Positions 1 through 8,922 of a DNA stretch of 54,452 bases are shown here, one piece after another (the first letter of the stretch is position 1; every line of letters begins with the position of its first letter). The position numbers and the translations under genes are program-made. Below the pieces are notes generated by a model. That model was not told the origin of the DNA, made no database searches, and saw only the letters and a program-made list of their open reading frames with translations. This DNA is from Sphingomicrobium sp. (GTDB taxonomy: Bacteria; Pseudomonadota; Alphaproteobacteria; Sphingomonadales; Sphingomonadaceae): assembly GCA_035491735.1 (NCBI GenBank), contig DATJKE010000104.1, forward strand, positions 1 to 54,452. Reading direction: 5' to 3'.

Positions 1-1
1 C

Positions 2-196
2 ACCGTCCGCAAGATTTCGTTCGGCGAGGGCGTCGAGCGCGTCTTCCCGCTCTATTCGCCGATCATCGATTCGATCGAGGTCGTGCGCCGTGGCGCCGTG
101 CGCCGCGCCAAGCTCTATTATCTCCGCGGCCGCCGCGGCAAATCGGCGCGTATCGCCGAACGCCGCGAGCACCGCACCGAGAGCAAAGAGGGCTAA
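2..196 (+). CDS. rplS: 50S ribosomal protein L19, C-terminal part (5' truncated by window edge)
   Basis: Manual translation of frame 2: [20 protein letters not shown]...[21 protein letters not shown]...*, the L19 C-terminal signature; not in the ORF track. Confidence 0.95.
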   Translation, partial: TVRKISFGEGVERVFPLYSPIIDSIEVVRRGAVRRAKLYYLRGRRGKSARIAERREHRTESKEG

Positions 197-226
197 GCGC
201 CCCTCAGGCTCGAAATGGCTTGAAAC

Positions 227-269
227 GCGGCCGGGCTTTCCAACATGGAGGGTCCGGCCGTCGCTTTTT
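227..269 (+). terminator. Probable intrinsic terminator after rplS
   Basis: Long stem GCGGCCGGGCTTTCCA / TGGAGGGTCCGGCCGT (some G-U pairs) followed by CGCTTTTT. Confidence 0.55.
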
Positions 270-283
270 GAAGGAATGAAGGA

Positions 284-1318
284 ATGTCATCGGGCTATCG
301 GGTTGTTGTGGTCGGAGCGACCGGGAATGTCGGCCGCGAAATCTTGAATGTCCTCGTTGAGCGCCAATTCCCCTTCTCTGAAGTGGCGGCGGTAGCCAGT
401 TCGCGCTCGACCGGCGACATCATCGACCTCGGGGACAGCGGCAAGGAACTCAAGGTCCAGAACATCGATCATTTCGATTTCGAAGGGTGGGACATCGCTC
501 TGTTCGCCGCCGGTTCTGACGTCAGCCGTGCCCACGCTCCTCGCGCCGCGGCGGCCGGCTGCACGGTGATCGACAATAGCTCGCTCTACCGGATGGACCC
601 CGACGTTCCGCTGATCGTGCCCGAAGTGAATCCCGAAGCGATCTCCGGCTATCGCGCCAAGAACATCATCGCCAACCCCAATTGCTCGACCGCGCAGATG
701 GTCGTGGCCTTGAAGCCACTGCATGACGCCGCGACGATCAAGCGCGTCGTCGTCGCCACCTACCAGTCGGTCTCGGGCGCCGGAAAGGCGGGCATGGACG
801 AACTGTTCGAGCAGAGCCGCAACATCTTCGTTGGCGATTCCAACTCCCCGGTGAAGTTCACCAAGCAGATCGCCTTCAACGTCATCCCGCACATCGACAG
901 CTTCCTCGACGACGGCTCGACCAAGGAAGAATGGAAAATGGTGGTCGAGACCAAGAAGATCCTCGATCCCTCGATCAAGGTCAGCGCGACCTGTGTCCGC
1001 GTGCCGGTGTTCGTCGGCCATTCCGAAGCCGTGAACATCGAGTTTGAGAATGAGCTGTCAGCGAAGGAGGCCCAGGCGATCCTGCGGGAGGCTCCGGGCG
1101 TGATGCTGGTCGATAAGCGCGAGGATGGCGGTTACGTCACGCCGGTCGAATGCGTTGGCGAATATGCCACCTACGTCAGCCGCGTCCGCGAAGACCCAAC
1201 GGTCGACAATGGCCTCAGCATCTGGGTGGTCAGCGACAACCTCCGCAAGGGCGCGGCGCTGAACGCCGTGCAGATCGCCGAGTTGCTGGGGCGGAGGCAT
1301 TTGCAAAAGGCGGCTTGA
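284..1318 (+). CDS. asd: Aspartate-semialdehyde dehydrogenase
   Basis: GATGNVG nucleotide-binding motif, NPNCST catalytic Cys, YQSVSGAG, DNLRKGAALNAVQIAE; AAGGA RBS upstream. Confidence 0.97.
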   Translation: MSSGYRVVVVGATGNVGREILNVLVERQFPFSEVAAVASSRSTGDIIDLGDSGKELKVQNIDHFDFEGWDIALFAAGSDVSRAHAPRAAAAGCTVIDNSSLYRMDPDVPLIVPEVNPEAISGYRAKNIIANPNCSTAQMVVALKPLHDAATIKRVVVATYQSVSGAGKAGMDELFEQSRNIFVGDSNSPVKFTKQIAFNVIPHIDSFLDDGSTKEEWKMVVETKKILDPSIKVSATCVRVPVFVGHSEAVNIEFENELSAKEAQAILREAPGVMLVDKREDGGYVTPVECVGEYATYVSRVREDPTVDNGLSIWVVSDNLRKGAALNAVQIAELLGRRHLQKAA

Positions 1319-1320
1319 CC

Positions 1321-1767
1321 ATGGCTGATACGTTGACCGGCGGATGCGCCTGCGGGCGCGTGCGGTACGAGGCGGAAATTGCCGGTGACGAAGCCTATCT
1401 CTGCCATTGCCGCATGTGCCAGAAGGCCAGCGGCAACGTCTCGATCGCCTTCACCAATGTGAAGCAGGCCCAGGTGCGCTGGAGCCATGAGCCCGACTGG
1501 TATGAAAGCTCGGCCATCGCCGTGCGCCCCTACTGCCGGGAATGCGGCACTTCACTCGGCTTCAAATTCCGCGACGGCAGCGAAAATATGGACCTGACGG
1601 TAGCGAGCTTCGATGACCCGTCGCGGTTCAAGCCGCACCACCATTTCGGCGCGGAGAGCATGCATCGCGCATGGCTCAATACCGATGGCCTGCCGGAAAT
1701 GCGCACCCAAGACTATCAGAAACTGGTCGACAAATGGGTGGCAGCGACTGGAAAAATGCCTGAATAA
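1321..1767 (+). CDS. GFA family (Mss4-like, Zn-binding) protein
   Basis: GGCACG, CHCRMC and YCRECG pattern; ATG at 1321 two bases after the asd stop (ORF-track start 1150 overlaps asd). Confidence 0.88.
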   Translation: MADTLTGGCACGRVRYEAEIAGDEAYLCHCRMCQKASGNVSIAFTNVKQAQVRWSHEPDWYESSAIAVRPYCRECGTSLGFKFRDGSENMDLTVASFDDPSRFKPHHHFGAESMHRAWLNTDGLPEMRTQDYQKLVDKWVAATGKMPE

Positions 1768-1897
1768 CTTTGCACCCGCACCCATAAGACGCGCCGTTTA
1801 CTTGGCGTTCAGTTAGGTTGAACTGAGCCGTTTCTGCGGGCGAGCCGGGCAACATGCTTCCTTCGAGGCCGTTAGTCAGCCTGAAGGAGAACAAGTC

Positions 1898-2308
1898 ATG
1901 ACCCGTAAGTATATCCTTGGCCTTGCCGCGGCCGCTGCCACTCTTGTGGCAATCGCCCCCGCTGGCGCCCAGCAGTGGCGTTGGAACGAGGGGGGCTGGC
2001 GCACAATTGGTTACACTCGCGTCGATGGCCGCGACAGCGACACGATCAACCTGCCGGGCCGCACGCGCCAATCCGAGATCCGTTTGTGCGCCATGAACCA
2101 GCCTTTGGCCCTGCGTGATTTCGACATCCGCTTCGAAAACGGCCGCAGGCAGGACGTCAACACCCGCGCAAGGCTTGCTGCCGGTCGCTGCACTCGCGAT
2201 GTGGACTTGGTCGGAGGCCGCCGAGACATCGCCAGCGTCAGGCTGCGCTATGAGCCGATAACTCGCACTTGGCAGCGCCCGGTCGTGCGAGTCCAGGTCC
2301 GCGGCTAA
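1898..2308 (+). CDS. Secreted hypothetical protein (possibly DUF2541-like beta domain)
   Basis: AAGGAG RBS; Sec signal peptide ending APAGA; WRTIG..V...D.DTI and RFENG motifs resemble DUF2541/YaaI-like proteins. Confidence 0.7.
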   Translation: MTRKYILGLAAAAATLVAIAPAGAQQWRWNEGGWRTIGYTRVDGRDSDTINLPGRTRQSEIRLCAMNQPLALRDFDIRFENGRRQDVNTRARLAAGRCTRDVDLVGGRRDIASVRLRYEPITRTWQRPVVRVQVRG

Positions 2309-2315
2309 CGAGGTC

Positions 2316-2355
2316 GACTGGGGCAGGCGGTTCGGGCCTGCCCCGGTCCTTATTT
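2316..2355. terminator. Hairpin terminator between convergent genes
   Basis: GACTGGGGCAGGC / GCCTGCCCCGGTC stem followed by CTTATTT. Confidence 0.6.
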
Positions 2356-2382
2356 CGTCAAACCTGGAAGTCCGAGTTGCAA

Positions 2383-2937
2383 TTACTTTCGATCGCCACT
2401 GAGGCGCTTTGCAACCTCTCCCTGCGCGAGAAAATCCGCCATCATCACCGAGACCTTGTCCTCGGATCCGAGCAGCACGCGCGGGCCTCTCCCATACCAG
2501 CTTGCCCAGACTTTCCCGTCGTCGAGGCTGAAGAGAACACCACCTGCCGATTCATCGGCGCCGCTTCGCTGAATAGCGACAAAGACGCGGCGGGCCACGG
2601 CCACCAGGCAGATCATGCCCGCCGATGCCGCGAGGAAAATCCCCGAACTCGACTGAAAACATGACGACGCTGCAAGCTCAGCTGGTGTGCCTATGAACGA
2701 CAGGCCGAGGATGGGTACGGCGGCCAGCGCAACCATGCTCGCTTCCCACCACGGAAGGAGGATCGCGCAGAACACGACAAACGGCAGATAGGGCATGAAC
2801 TCGCAGCCGGTCACGACCGGGTCGATCAGCGCTCGAATTAGCGTTGCAAGGCTAAGCGCAAGGATCGCAGACAGCAGCGCTATCCTGCCATTGAGCGGCG
2901 GCGCTGTAAGCCATCGCGCGAATCGGAAACGAAGCAT
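2383..2937 (-). CDS. Membrane protein, DUF4118-like four-helix domain plus conserved C-terminal domain; paralog of 42641..43222
   Basis: About four hydrophobic segments with PYLPFVV motif; C-terminus LFSLDDGKVWASWYG...MMADFLAQ.E.AKRL aligns with the paralog; ATG 2937 chosen by that alignment (track start 2955). Confidence 0.75.
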   Translation of the reverse strand: MLRFRFARWLTAPPLNGRIALLSAILALSLATLIRALIDPVVTGCEFMPYLPFVVFCAILLPWWEASMVALAAVPILGLSFIGTPAELAASSCFQSSSGIFLAASAGMICLVAVARRVFVAIQRSGADESAGGVLFSLDDGKVWASWYGRGPRVLLGSEDKVSVMMADFLAQGEVAKRLSGDRK

Positions 2938-3055
2938 GGATTTGACTGTGACCACCGAGCTGTATCCGCCCTCACTACGGCTGCTGCGAAAGGCTGAATA
3001 TCGGGCTTACTACCTAGCTGATAGGCTCATTCGAACGGAAAATTCCGGCGAAGGC

Positions 3056-5041
3056 TCAGATCAGTCCGCAGAAAGGCGGAGCGTCCTTGCTGGAGCAGAC
3101 GTCGGGCTTGGCGCGCATTGTCTTCCAATAGGTCATCAGGCCGAATTTCTGAGCGTATGAGGGGAAGGCAGGATCGCGGATTGCGCCGGCCATCGCGGGC
3201 ATGAACAGCCATCCTGTCGCGTCGATCCTTCCGCGCTCCAGGTTTTGACTTACGAGCTGGAGAGCTTCGCGGTTTCCGCCAAGCGCAGCGACCAGCGTTG
3301 TGACGATTCGGCCCTGCGCCTCGGGCGGTAGCGCCGTCAGCTCTTGTACAGCCTGCGCCTTGGCCGTGGCATCGCCAGAAACCATTGCCTGAAAGCCGGC
3401 CTGCATGGCCGCCTTGACCCGTTCCGGAGTCTTGGTCTTCGGGCTATGCGCAGCCTTCAATGCGGCGGCATAGTCACCGGTGATGGCGGCCTGATGGATT
3501 ATAATGTCTTCCCTGAAATCCGGCGCCGACGACAGATCGATCGCTGCATCGATATGAGGCCGGGCTTTGTCGGCCCTGCCCTGCTGGAGCAGCGCTTCAG
3601 CGAGGCCTAGCTGGGAGTCCGAGTCGAGAGCGAGCACATCGGTCGAGCGCTGAAATTCATCCGCCGCATCGGCGATCCGGCCGACCGATTGGAGCATGGT
3701 TCCGTAACTGTGATGCTCGCAGCCGCATGCCAAAGGCCGCGCCGCCAAGGCTGCCTTGAACAGCTTCTCCTGGCCGACGAAATCGCGATAGTCGACCATC
3801 AGGGCCCTCATGATGAGGGCTTCGCTATTGCTCTTGTCGAGATCGATCGCCTTGTCGGCGGCTGCGGCCGCCTGTTTTCTAAGCTCTGCTACTCTAGGAT
3901 TAGTCGGGTCGGCCCAGGTGTTGCTCAATGCCGCAACCGAAACTGCCGACCATCCCCAGGAAAAGTCGGGTGCCGCGGCAACGATCTTGTTGGCCAGGTC
4001 GAGCGCTTTTCCAGGCTCGAACTGGACGAAGCCCTGGTTGTGGCAATAGCTCAAATAGTCCGTGAGCACCGCATCGGGCATCGCCTTGCGGTAGGTGGAC
4101 GCGCCGAACAGGCCGCAACGCACCATGTTCCCTGCGTCGACGGCGACGTGACGCGGGACACGCACTGCATCGTCATTTTCGTAGGTGAAAATGTTGGACC
4201 ATAGGGTCGCACCGGACCGTTCGTTTGTCAGGCGGACGTTGACCTTGATCTTGTCGCCGTCGTGGCGAACCGTGCCGCCGAGCGCATAAGCGGGCGCGGT
4301 TCCGGGCGGCGGCGTGGCCGCCGTCGAAACGCCTACCACGCCGTCGTCATTGAAGGCGGCGATGATCTCGTCGCGGATCGCGTCAGGCATTCCCCCCGGC
4401 AGATCGGTTGATAGGGAAGAAAAGCCGGTCAATCGCACCATCATGCTGTGCGCGGCTGCAGGGGCAGGGCGAAGCAGCCACCATCCTCCAGCAATGATTG
4501 CCAGAAGGAGTACGGCCATCATGGCAATTAGCGCAGGTCGGCGCGACCCCGGAAGCGCGCGGCGGTGCTTGGTTCCGTGCTCCTCGGCGTCCTTGTGGCC
4601 AGGGCCTGTCGTCAACCGCTCGATGTGCTGAACGAGCGAATCGATCGACTTGTCCCAGCTGTCGAACGCGTCGATCCACTGGCGCGTCGAAAGCTCGTAA
4701 GCGAAGGCGTCGCTGGGTTCGACATCCTCGATCCGGAACGCCATCACCGGGACATGGTACCGGCTCGCGAGCGACAATTCTTTCTTGATCTCGTCGCTGT
4801 TGTTTGCGGCCTCGGAGAAAACCAAAACCATCGCTTGCGCACTGCGCAATGAGCGGACGATCGCTTCCTGGTAATTATCGCCAGGTGCGACGTCGCGTGT
4901 GGAAATCCAACAGGTCGGACCGCGCCGTTCGATCGCGTCGCAGAGCGACAGGGCGTCCTTTCGATCGGACGTCGCATAGCTGACAAAAACGGGCCGCGTC
5001 AGTTCGCGGTCATCGCTGGTTACAGGACCCGGATCATTCAC
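3056..5041 (-). CDS. TIR domain - single TM - TolB-N-like/TPR protein
   Basis: VFVSYA...CWISTRDVAPGDNY.EAI...S.EIKKELSLA TIR_2 motifs; TM LIAMMAVLLLAIIAGGWWLL; GTVR.DGDKIKVNVRL..ERSG.TLWS TolB-N-like motif; helical TPR-like C-terminus; GTG at 5041 after a G-rich RBS is the likely start (track start 5206). Confidence 0.85.
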   Translation of the reverse strand: MNDPGPVTSDDRELTRPVFVSYATSDRKDALSLCDAIERRGPTCWISTRDVAPGDNYQEAIVRSLRSAQAMVLVFSEAANNSDEIKKELSLASRYHVPVMAFRIEDVEPSDAFAYELSTRQWIDAFDSWDKSIDSLVQHIERLTTGPGHKDAEEHGTKHRRALPGSRRPALIAMMAVLLLAIIAGGWWLLRPAPAAAHSMMVRLTGFSSLSTDLPGGMPDAIRDEIIAAFNDDGVVGVSTAATPPPGTAPAYALGGTVRHDGDKIKVNVRLTNERSGATLWSNIFTYENDDAVRVPRHVAVDAGNMVRCGLFGASTYRKAMPDAVLTDYLSYCHNQGFVQFEPGKALDLANKIVAAAPDFSWGWSAVSVAALSNTWADPTNPRVAELRKQAAAAADKAIDLDKSNSEALIMRALMVDYRDFVGQEKLFKAALAARPLACGCEHHSYGTMLQSVGRIADAADEFQRSTDVLALDSDSQLGLAEALLQQGRADKARPHIDAAIDLSSAPDFREDIIIHQAAITGDYAAALKAAHSPKTKTPERVKAAMQAGFQAMVSGDATAKAQAVQELTALPPEAQGRIVTTLVAALGGNREALQLVSQNLERGRIDATGWLFMPAMAGAIRDPAFPSYAQKFGLMTYWKTMRAKPDVCSSKDAPPFCGLI

Positions 5042-5259
5042 GGCCACCCCCCCCTGCCGGACCCTACTGACATTGAGCAAGAAAAAGAAGGTGCCGGCCC
5101 AACGGGTCCTTTCGGGCCGAGCAAACGTTGCAATGTAGGAGCTGTCTTGCCATCGGCGGTGCATGTCTCTGACGCGGTCCCGCCAATGCCCAATCCTCGC
5201 GTACACGGACGCGCACGCGCGCGTCCGTAGGGGTGCGACTCTTGTGACTTTTGGCGATC

Positions 5260-6015
5260 ATGACTGAAGCCACTACCCACCATTGGAACGCCTCCGATGG
5301 CGTCGAGCTAGCGTGGCGCGAGGTCGGGCAGGGCAGGCCCGTGATCCTCCTCCACGGCCTCTTCTCCGACGCGCAGATGAACTGGATCAAGTTCGGCACG
5401 GCGGACCGTGTCGCGGCCGGTGGCTTTCGGGTGATCATGCCCGACCATCGCGCCCATGGGCTCAGCGGCAAGCCGCACGGGGTGGAGTATTATCCGAAGG
5501 GTATCCTCGCACGGGATGTACGCGAACTGGTGGCGCTGCTCGGTCTCACCGACTTCGAACTCGGCGGCTTTTCGCTTGGGGCGCGGACCACGGTTGAGGC
5601 AATTGGAGAGGGGATGCGTCCCCGCCGCGCGGTCCTTGGCGGCGCCGGGCTCGAGGGTTTGCGCAACTGGAAGCGCCGCAAGAACTTCTTTCTTGAAGCG
5701 ATCGAACGGTTCGACACGGTACAGCGGGGCGACCCGCATTGGCTGTCGATCCAGTTCATGAAAAGCCAGAAGGTCGATCGCATTGCCGCGGCGCAATTGC
5801 TCGAAAGTTTTGAAGACGCCTTCATCGATTGGCTTCAGGCCTTTACCATGCCGACCCTCGTCGTGTGCGGCGAGGAGGACGATGATAATGGATCGGCGGA
5901 GGAGCTCGCCAACGTGCTGCCAAGTGCAACCTTCCGCGAAACGCCTGGGACGCACATGACCAGCATTACCAAGGCGGAGTTCGGCGAGGCGATAGCGCAG
6001 TTTCTAACCGCATGA
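5260..6015 (+). CDS. Alpha/beta fold hydrolase
   Basis: LLHGL, DHRAHGLS, GFSLG nucleophile elbow, C-terminal His (PGTH); ATG at 5260. Confidence 0.9.
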   Translation: MTEATTHHWNASDGVELAWREVGQGRPVILLHGLFSDAQMNWIKFGTADRVAAGGFRVIMPDHRAHGLSGKPHGVEYYPKGILARDVRELVALLGLTDFELGGFSLGARTTVEAIGEGMRPRRAVLGGAGLEGLRNWKRRKNFFLEAIERFDTVQRGDPHWLSIQFMKSQKVDRIAAAQLLESFEDAFIDWLQAFTMPTLVVCGEEDDDNGSAEELANVLPSATFRETPGTHMTSITKAEFGEAIAQFLTA

Positions 6016-6108
6016 AGACAGGCCGTCACCGCTTGACGAACGGACCCAGCAAGTTCCACTGCTAAGGCCGCGCGACACAAGAAAAAACTCCAGGGACGAG
6101 GACGCCTG

Positions 6109-7971
6109 ATGATGAAATTCGCCGCTTCCGTTTCGCTTGCCGCGCTGGCGCTGGCCGGCTGCGCTTCCACTTCTGCCGCCCCGGCCGCGCCGGTCGTTCC
6201 GGCCGCTGCCGCCGAGCCGGCTTCAGGCGCCGCGCCGACTGTCGCCGACGCCCAGGCGTTCGTTGCGGCGGTGGAAAAAGACCTCGCGGACCTTAACGTA
6301 ATTTCGCAACGCGCGGCCTGGGTCAACGCGACCCACATCACCGACGATACTGACGCGCTGGCCGCTTATTTCGGGACGATTGGCACCGAAAAGGGCGTCA
6401 AATACGCCAGCGATGCCGCCAAATACGCGGCCGTTCCGGGTCTCGATCTCGACAGCGCACGCAAGCTCAATATCCTGCGCGGCGCGCTGGTCTTGGCAGC
6501 GCCGAGCACCCCGGGCGCCGCGGCGGAGCTCAACGACATCGCGACCAAGCTCCAGTCGACCTATGGCAAAGGCCGCGCCCGGCATAACGGCAGGGAAATC
6601 ACTGGCGACGATGCCGAAGCGCTAATGGGGACGCTTCGCAATCCGGCCGAGCTCGCCGAAATCTGGCAGAGCTGGCATGAGAATGTCGGCCGGCCGATGC
6701 GGGGCGACTATGCCCGCATGGTCCAGATCGCCAACGCCGGCGCCAAGGACCTCGGCTATGCCGATAGCGGTGCCATGTGGCGGTCGCAGTATGACATGAC
6801 GCCCGAGGAATTCTCGGCGATGTACGACCGGCTGTGGGCGGAGACCAAGCCGCTCTACGACCAGCTTCACTGCTACACCCGGACCAAGCTCAACCAGAAA
6901 TATGGCGACAAGATCCAGCCCGCGTCGGGCCCGATCCGCGCCGACCTGCTCGGCAACATGTGGGCGCAGGAATGGGGCAATATCTACGACATTGTTGCGC
7001 CCAAGGGCGCCGGCGACATCGGCTATGATATTGGCGAGCTGCTGGAGGCCAAGAAGAAGGACCCGGTGGCGATGTTCAAGATCGGCGAGGGATTCTATTC
7101 CTCGCTCGGCTTTGCCCCGCTGCCCGGCTCATTCTGGCAGCGCAGCCAGATCACCCGCCCGCGCGACCGCGAAGTGGTGTGCCACGCCTCGGCCTGGGAC
7201 GTCGACAACAAGGACGACCTGCGCATCAAGATGTGCACCAAGGTCAACGCCGACGATTTCGTCACCATCCATCACGAGATGGGCCACAATTATTACCAGC
7301 GCGCCTACAACCAGCAGCCGTACCTCTATCTGAACGGCGCCAACGACGGCTTCCATGAAGCGATCGGTGACTTCATCGCACTGTCGATCACGCCAGAGTA
7401 TCTGGTGCAGATCGGCCTGCTCGACCGTTCCAAGGTCCCCTCGGCGGACAAGGACACCGGCCTGTTGCTCCGGCAGGCGATGGACAAGGTCGCCTTCCTG
7501 CCGTTCGGCCTGCTGGTCGACAAATGGCGCTGGGGCGTGTTCGACGGGTCGATCACCCCGTCCAACTACAACCAGGCATGGGTCGACCTGAAGCGCCAGT
7601 ATCAGGGGATAACCCCGCCAGTTGCGCGCAGCGAGGCAGACTTCGACCCCGGTGCCAAGTTCCACATCCCGGGTAACACGCCCTACGCCCGCTACTTCCT
7701 CGCCCGCATCCTGCAGTTCCAGTTTTACAAGGCGGCCTGCGATATGTCGGGTTGGAAGGGGCCGCTGCACCGCTGCAGCTTCTACGGCAACAAGCAGGTT
7801 GGCGAGCGGCTGAACGCGATGCTGAGCATGGGCCTGTCCAAGCCATGGCCCGACGCGCTGCAGGCGTTCACCGGCACGCGTGAAATGTCGGCCAAGCCGA
7901 TGTTGGAATATTTCGCGCCGCTGCAGGCCTGGCTCGAAAAGCAGAACGCCGGCAAGCAATGCGGCTGGTGA
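6109..7971 (+). CDS. M2 family metallopeptidase (ACE-like peptidyl-dipeptidase), lipoprotein
   Basis: LAGC lipobox; LLGNMWAQEW, VVCHASAWD, HHEMGH zinc motif, GANDGFHEAIGD, FDPGAKFH. Confidence 0.95.
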   Translation: MMKFAASVSLAALALAGCASTSAAPAAPVVPAAAAEPASGAAPTVADAQAFVAAVEKDLADLNVISQRAAWVNATHITDDTDALAAYFGTIGTEKGVKYASDAAKYAAVPGLDLDSARKLNILRGALVLAAPSTPGAAAELNDIATKLQSTYGKGRARHNGREITGDDAEALMGTLRNPAELAEIWQSWHENVGRPMRGDYARMVQIANAGAKDLGYADSGAMWRSQYDMTPEEFSAMYDRLWAETKPLYDQLHCYTRTKLNQKYGDKIQPASGPIRADLLGNMWAQEWGNIYDIVAPKGAGDIGYDIGELLEAKKKDPVAMFKIGEGFYSSLGFAPLPGSFWQRSQITRPRDREVVCHASAWDVDNKDDLRIKMCTKVNADDFVTIHHEMGHNYYQRAYNQQPYLYLNGANDGFHEAIGDFIALSITPEYLVQIGLLDRSKVPSADKDTGLLLRQAMDKVAFLPFGLLVDKWRWGVFDGSITPSNYNQAWVDLKRQYQGITPPVARSEADFDPGAKFHIPGNTPYARYFLARILQFQFYKAACDMSGWKGPLHRCSFYGNKQVGERLNAMLSMGLSKPWPDALQAFTGTREMSAKPMLEYFAPLQAWLEKQNAGKQCGW

Positions 7972-7986
7972 GGTGACGAAAAGCTG

Positions 7987-8011
7987 AGGGGAGCGGCACG
8001 ACCGCTCCCCT
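7987..8011. terminator. Hairpin, probably bidirectional terminator
   Basis: AGGGGAGCGG-cacga-CCGCTCCCCT perfect 10-bp stem between convergent genes. Confidence 0.65.
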
Positions 8012-8015
8012 TCGC

Positions 8016-8318
8016 CTATTTGGCAGTAGCGGTATTGGTGCTCCTGCCGGTTTCCTTGAGCGTCAGCGCCTCCTCGGCGATTTCCTGCTGGGTCGGCTGG
8101 TCACCCATCCTCTCCGCCTTGAACTCGCTCAACCGGTCCATGCCGCTGTTCAGCGCCTCGCCGATTTGCTCGCGGCGCGACCACAGGAATGCTCCTGCCG
8201 CAGCGACGCCCGCAATGCCGGCGGCCAATGCGGCTGTAGCTCCGGGATTATCCTTCGGCTTGGTGAAAAACGCCGCGTCCTTGAACCGGCCCTTCGAGTC
8301 TCTTCTTCTGTTGGGCAT
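8016..8318 (-). CDS. Small single-TM hypothetical protein, probable general-stress gene
   Basis: AAGGAGG RBS; one hydrophobic helix ATAALAAGIAGVAAAGAFLW; EcfG-type promoter upstream. Confidence 0.75.
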   Translation of the reverse strand: MPNRRRDSKGRFKDAAFFTKPKDNPGATAALAAGIAGVAAAGAFLWSRREQIGEALNSGMDRLSEFKAERMGDQPTQQEIAEEALTLKETGRSTNTATAK

Positions 8319-8347
8319 TTCAGGCCTCCTTCAAATTCCCCTTGGGG

Positions 8348-8374
8348 GGAACGCGCCAACCCAGTGCACGTTGC
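8348..8374. promoter_or_regulatory. Sigma-EcfG (general stress) type promoter, matching on both strands
   Basis: Minus strand GCAAC-N16-CGTT (8374-8350) about 30 bp upstream of the 8318 start; plus strand GGAAC-N16-CGTT (8348-8372). Confidence 0.6.
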
Positions 8375-8411
8375 CCCCGGAAGGCGAAGGGAAGGAGGCC
8401 TGCGACGAAAT

Positions 8412-8891
8412 TTACAGCTGGCCGAGCATCGTTTCGGCGCTGGAAGCCGAATATTCGCCCGGCGCCTCGACATTGAGTTGCTCGACCACGCCGTCGTTGA
8501 CGATGGCCGAGTAGCGCTGGCTGCGCTTGCCCATGCCGAATTTGGACGCGTCCATGGTGAGGCCAAGTGCCTCGGCGAACTCGCCATTGCCGTCAGCGAG
8601 CATCGTAATGTCCTGCGATCCCTGGTCACGGTTCCACGCTCCCATGACAAAGGCGTCGTTGACGCTGGTCGCGACGATTTCGTCGACTCCCTTGCCCTTC
8701 AGCTCAGCGGCTTTTTCGACATAGGAAGGCAGGTGCCGGGCCGAACAGGTCGGCGTGTAGGCCCCTGGCACGGCGAACAGCGCCACGCGCTTGCCGGCGA
8801 AATAGTCGCCGCTCTTCACTGGCACCGGTCCTTCCGGCGTAGCTAGCGTCAACTGGACGTCGGGAATGCGGTCGCCCACCTGGATGGCCAT
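8412..8891 (-). CDS. Peroxiredoxin (Prx5/redoxin family)
   Basis: PGAYTPTCSARHLP peroxidatic motif, SVNDAFVM.AW, LADGNG, RSQRY; AAGGAG RBS. Confidence 0.95.
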   Translation of the reverse strand: MAIQVGDRIPDVQLTLATPEGPVPVKSGDYFAGKRVALFAVPGAYTPTCSARHLPSYVEKAAELKGKGVDEIVATSVNDAFVMGAWNRDQGSQDITMLADGNGEFAEALGLTMDASKFGMGKRSQRYSAIVNDGVVEQLNVEAPGEYSASSAETMLGQL

Positions 8892-8922
8892 CGAATAATC
8901 TCCTTTGAAAGGTCAGGCCGCG

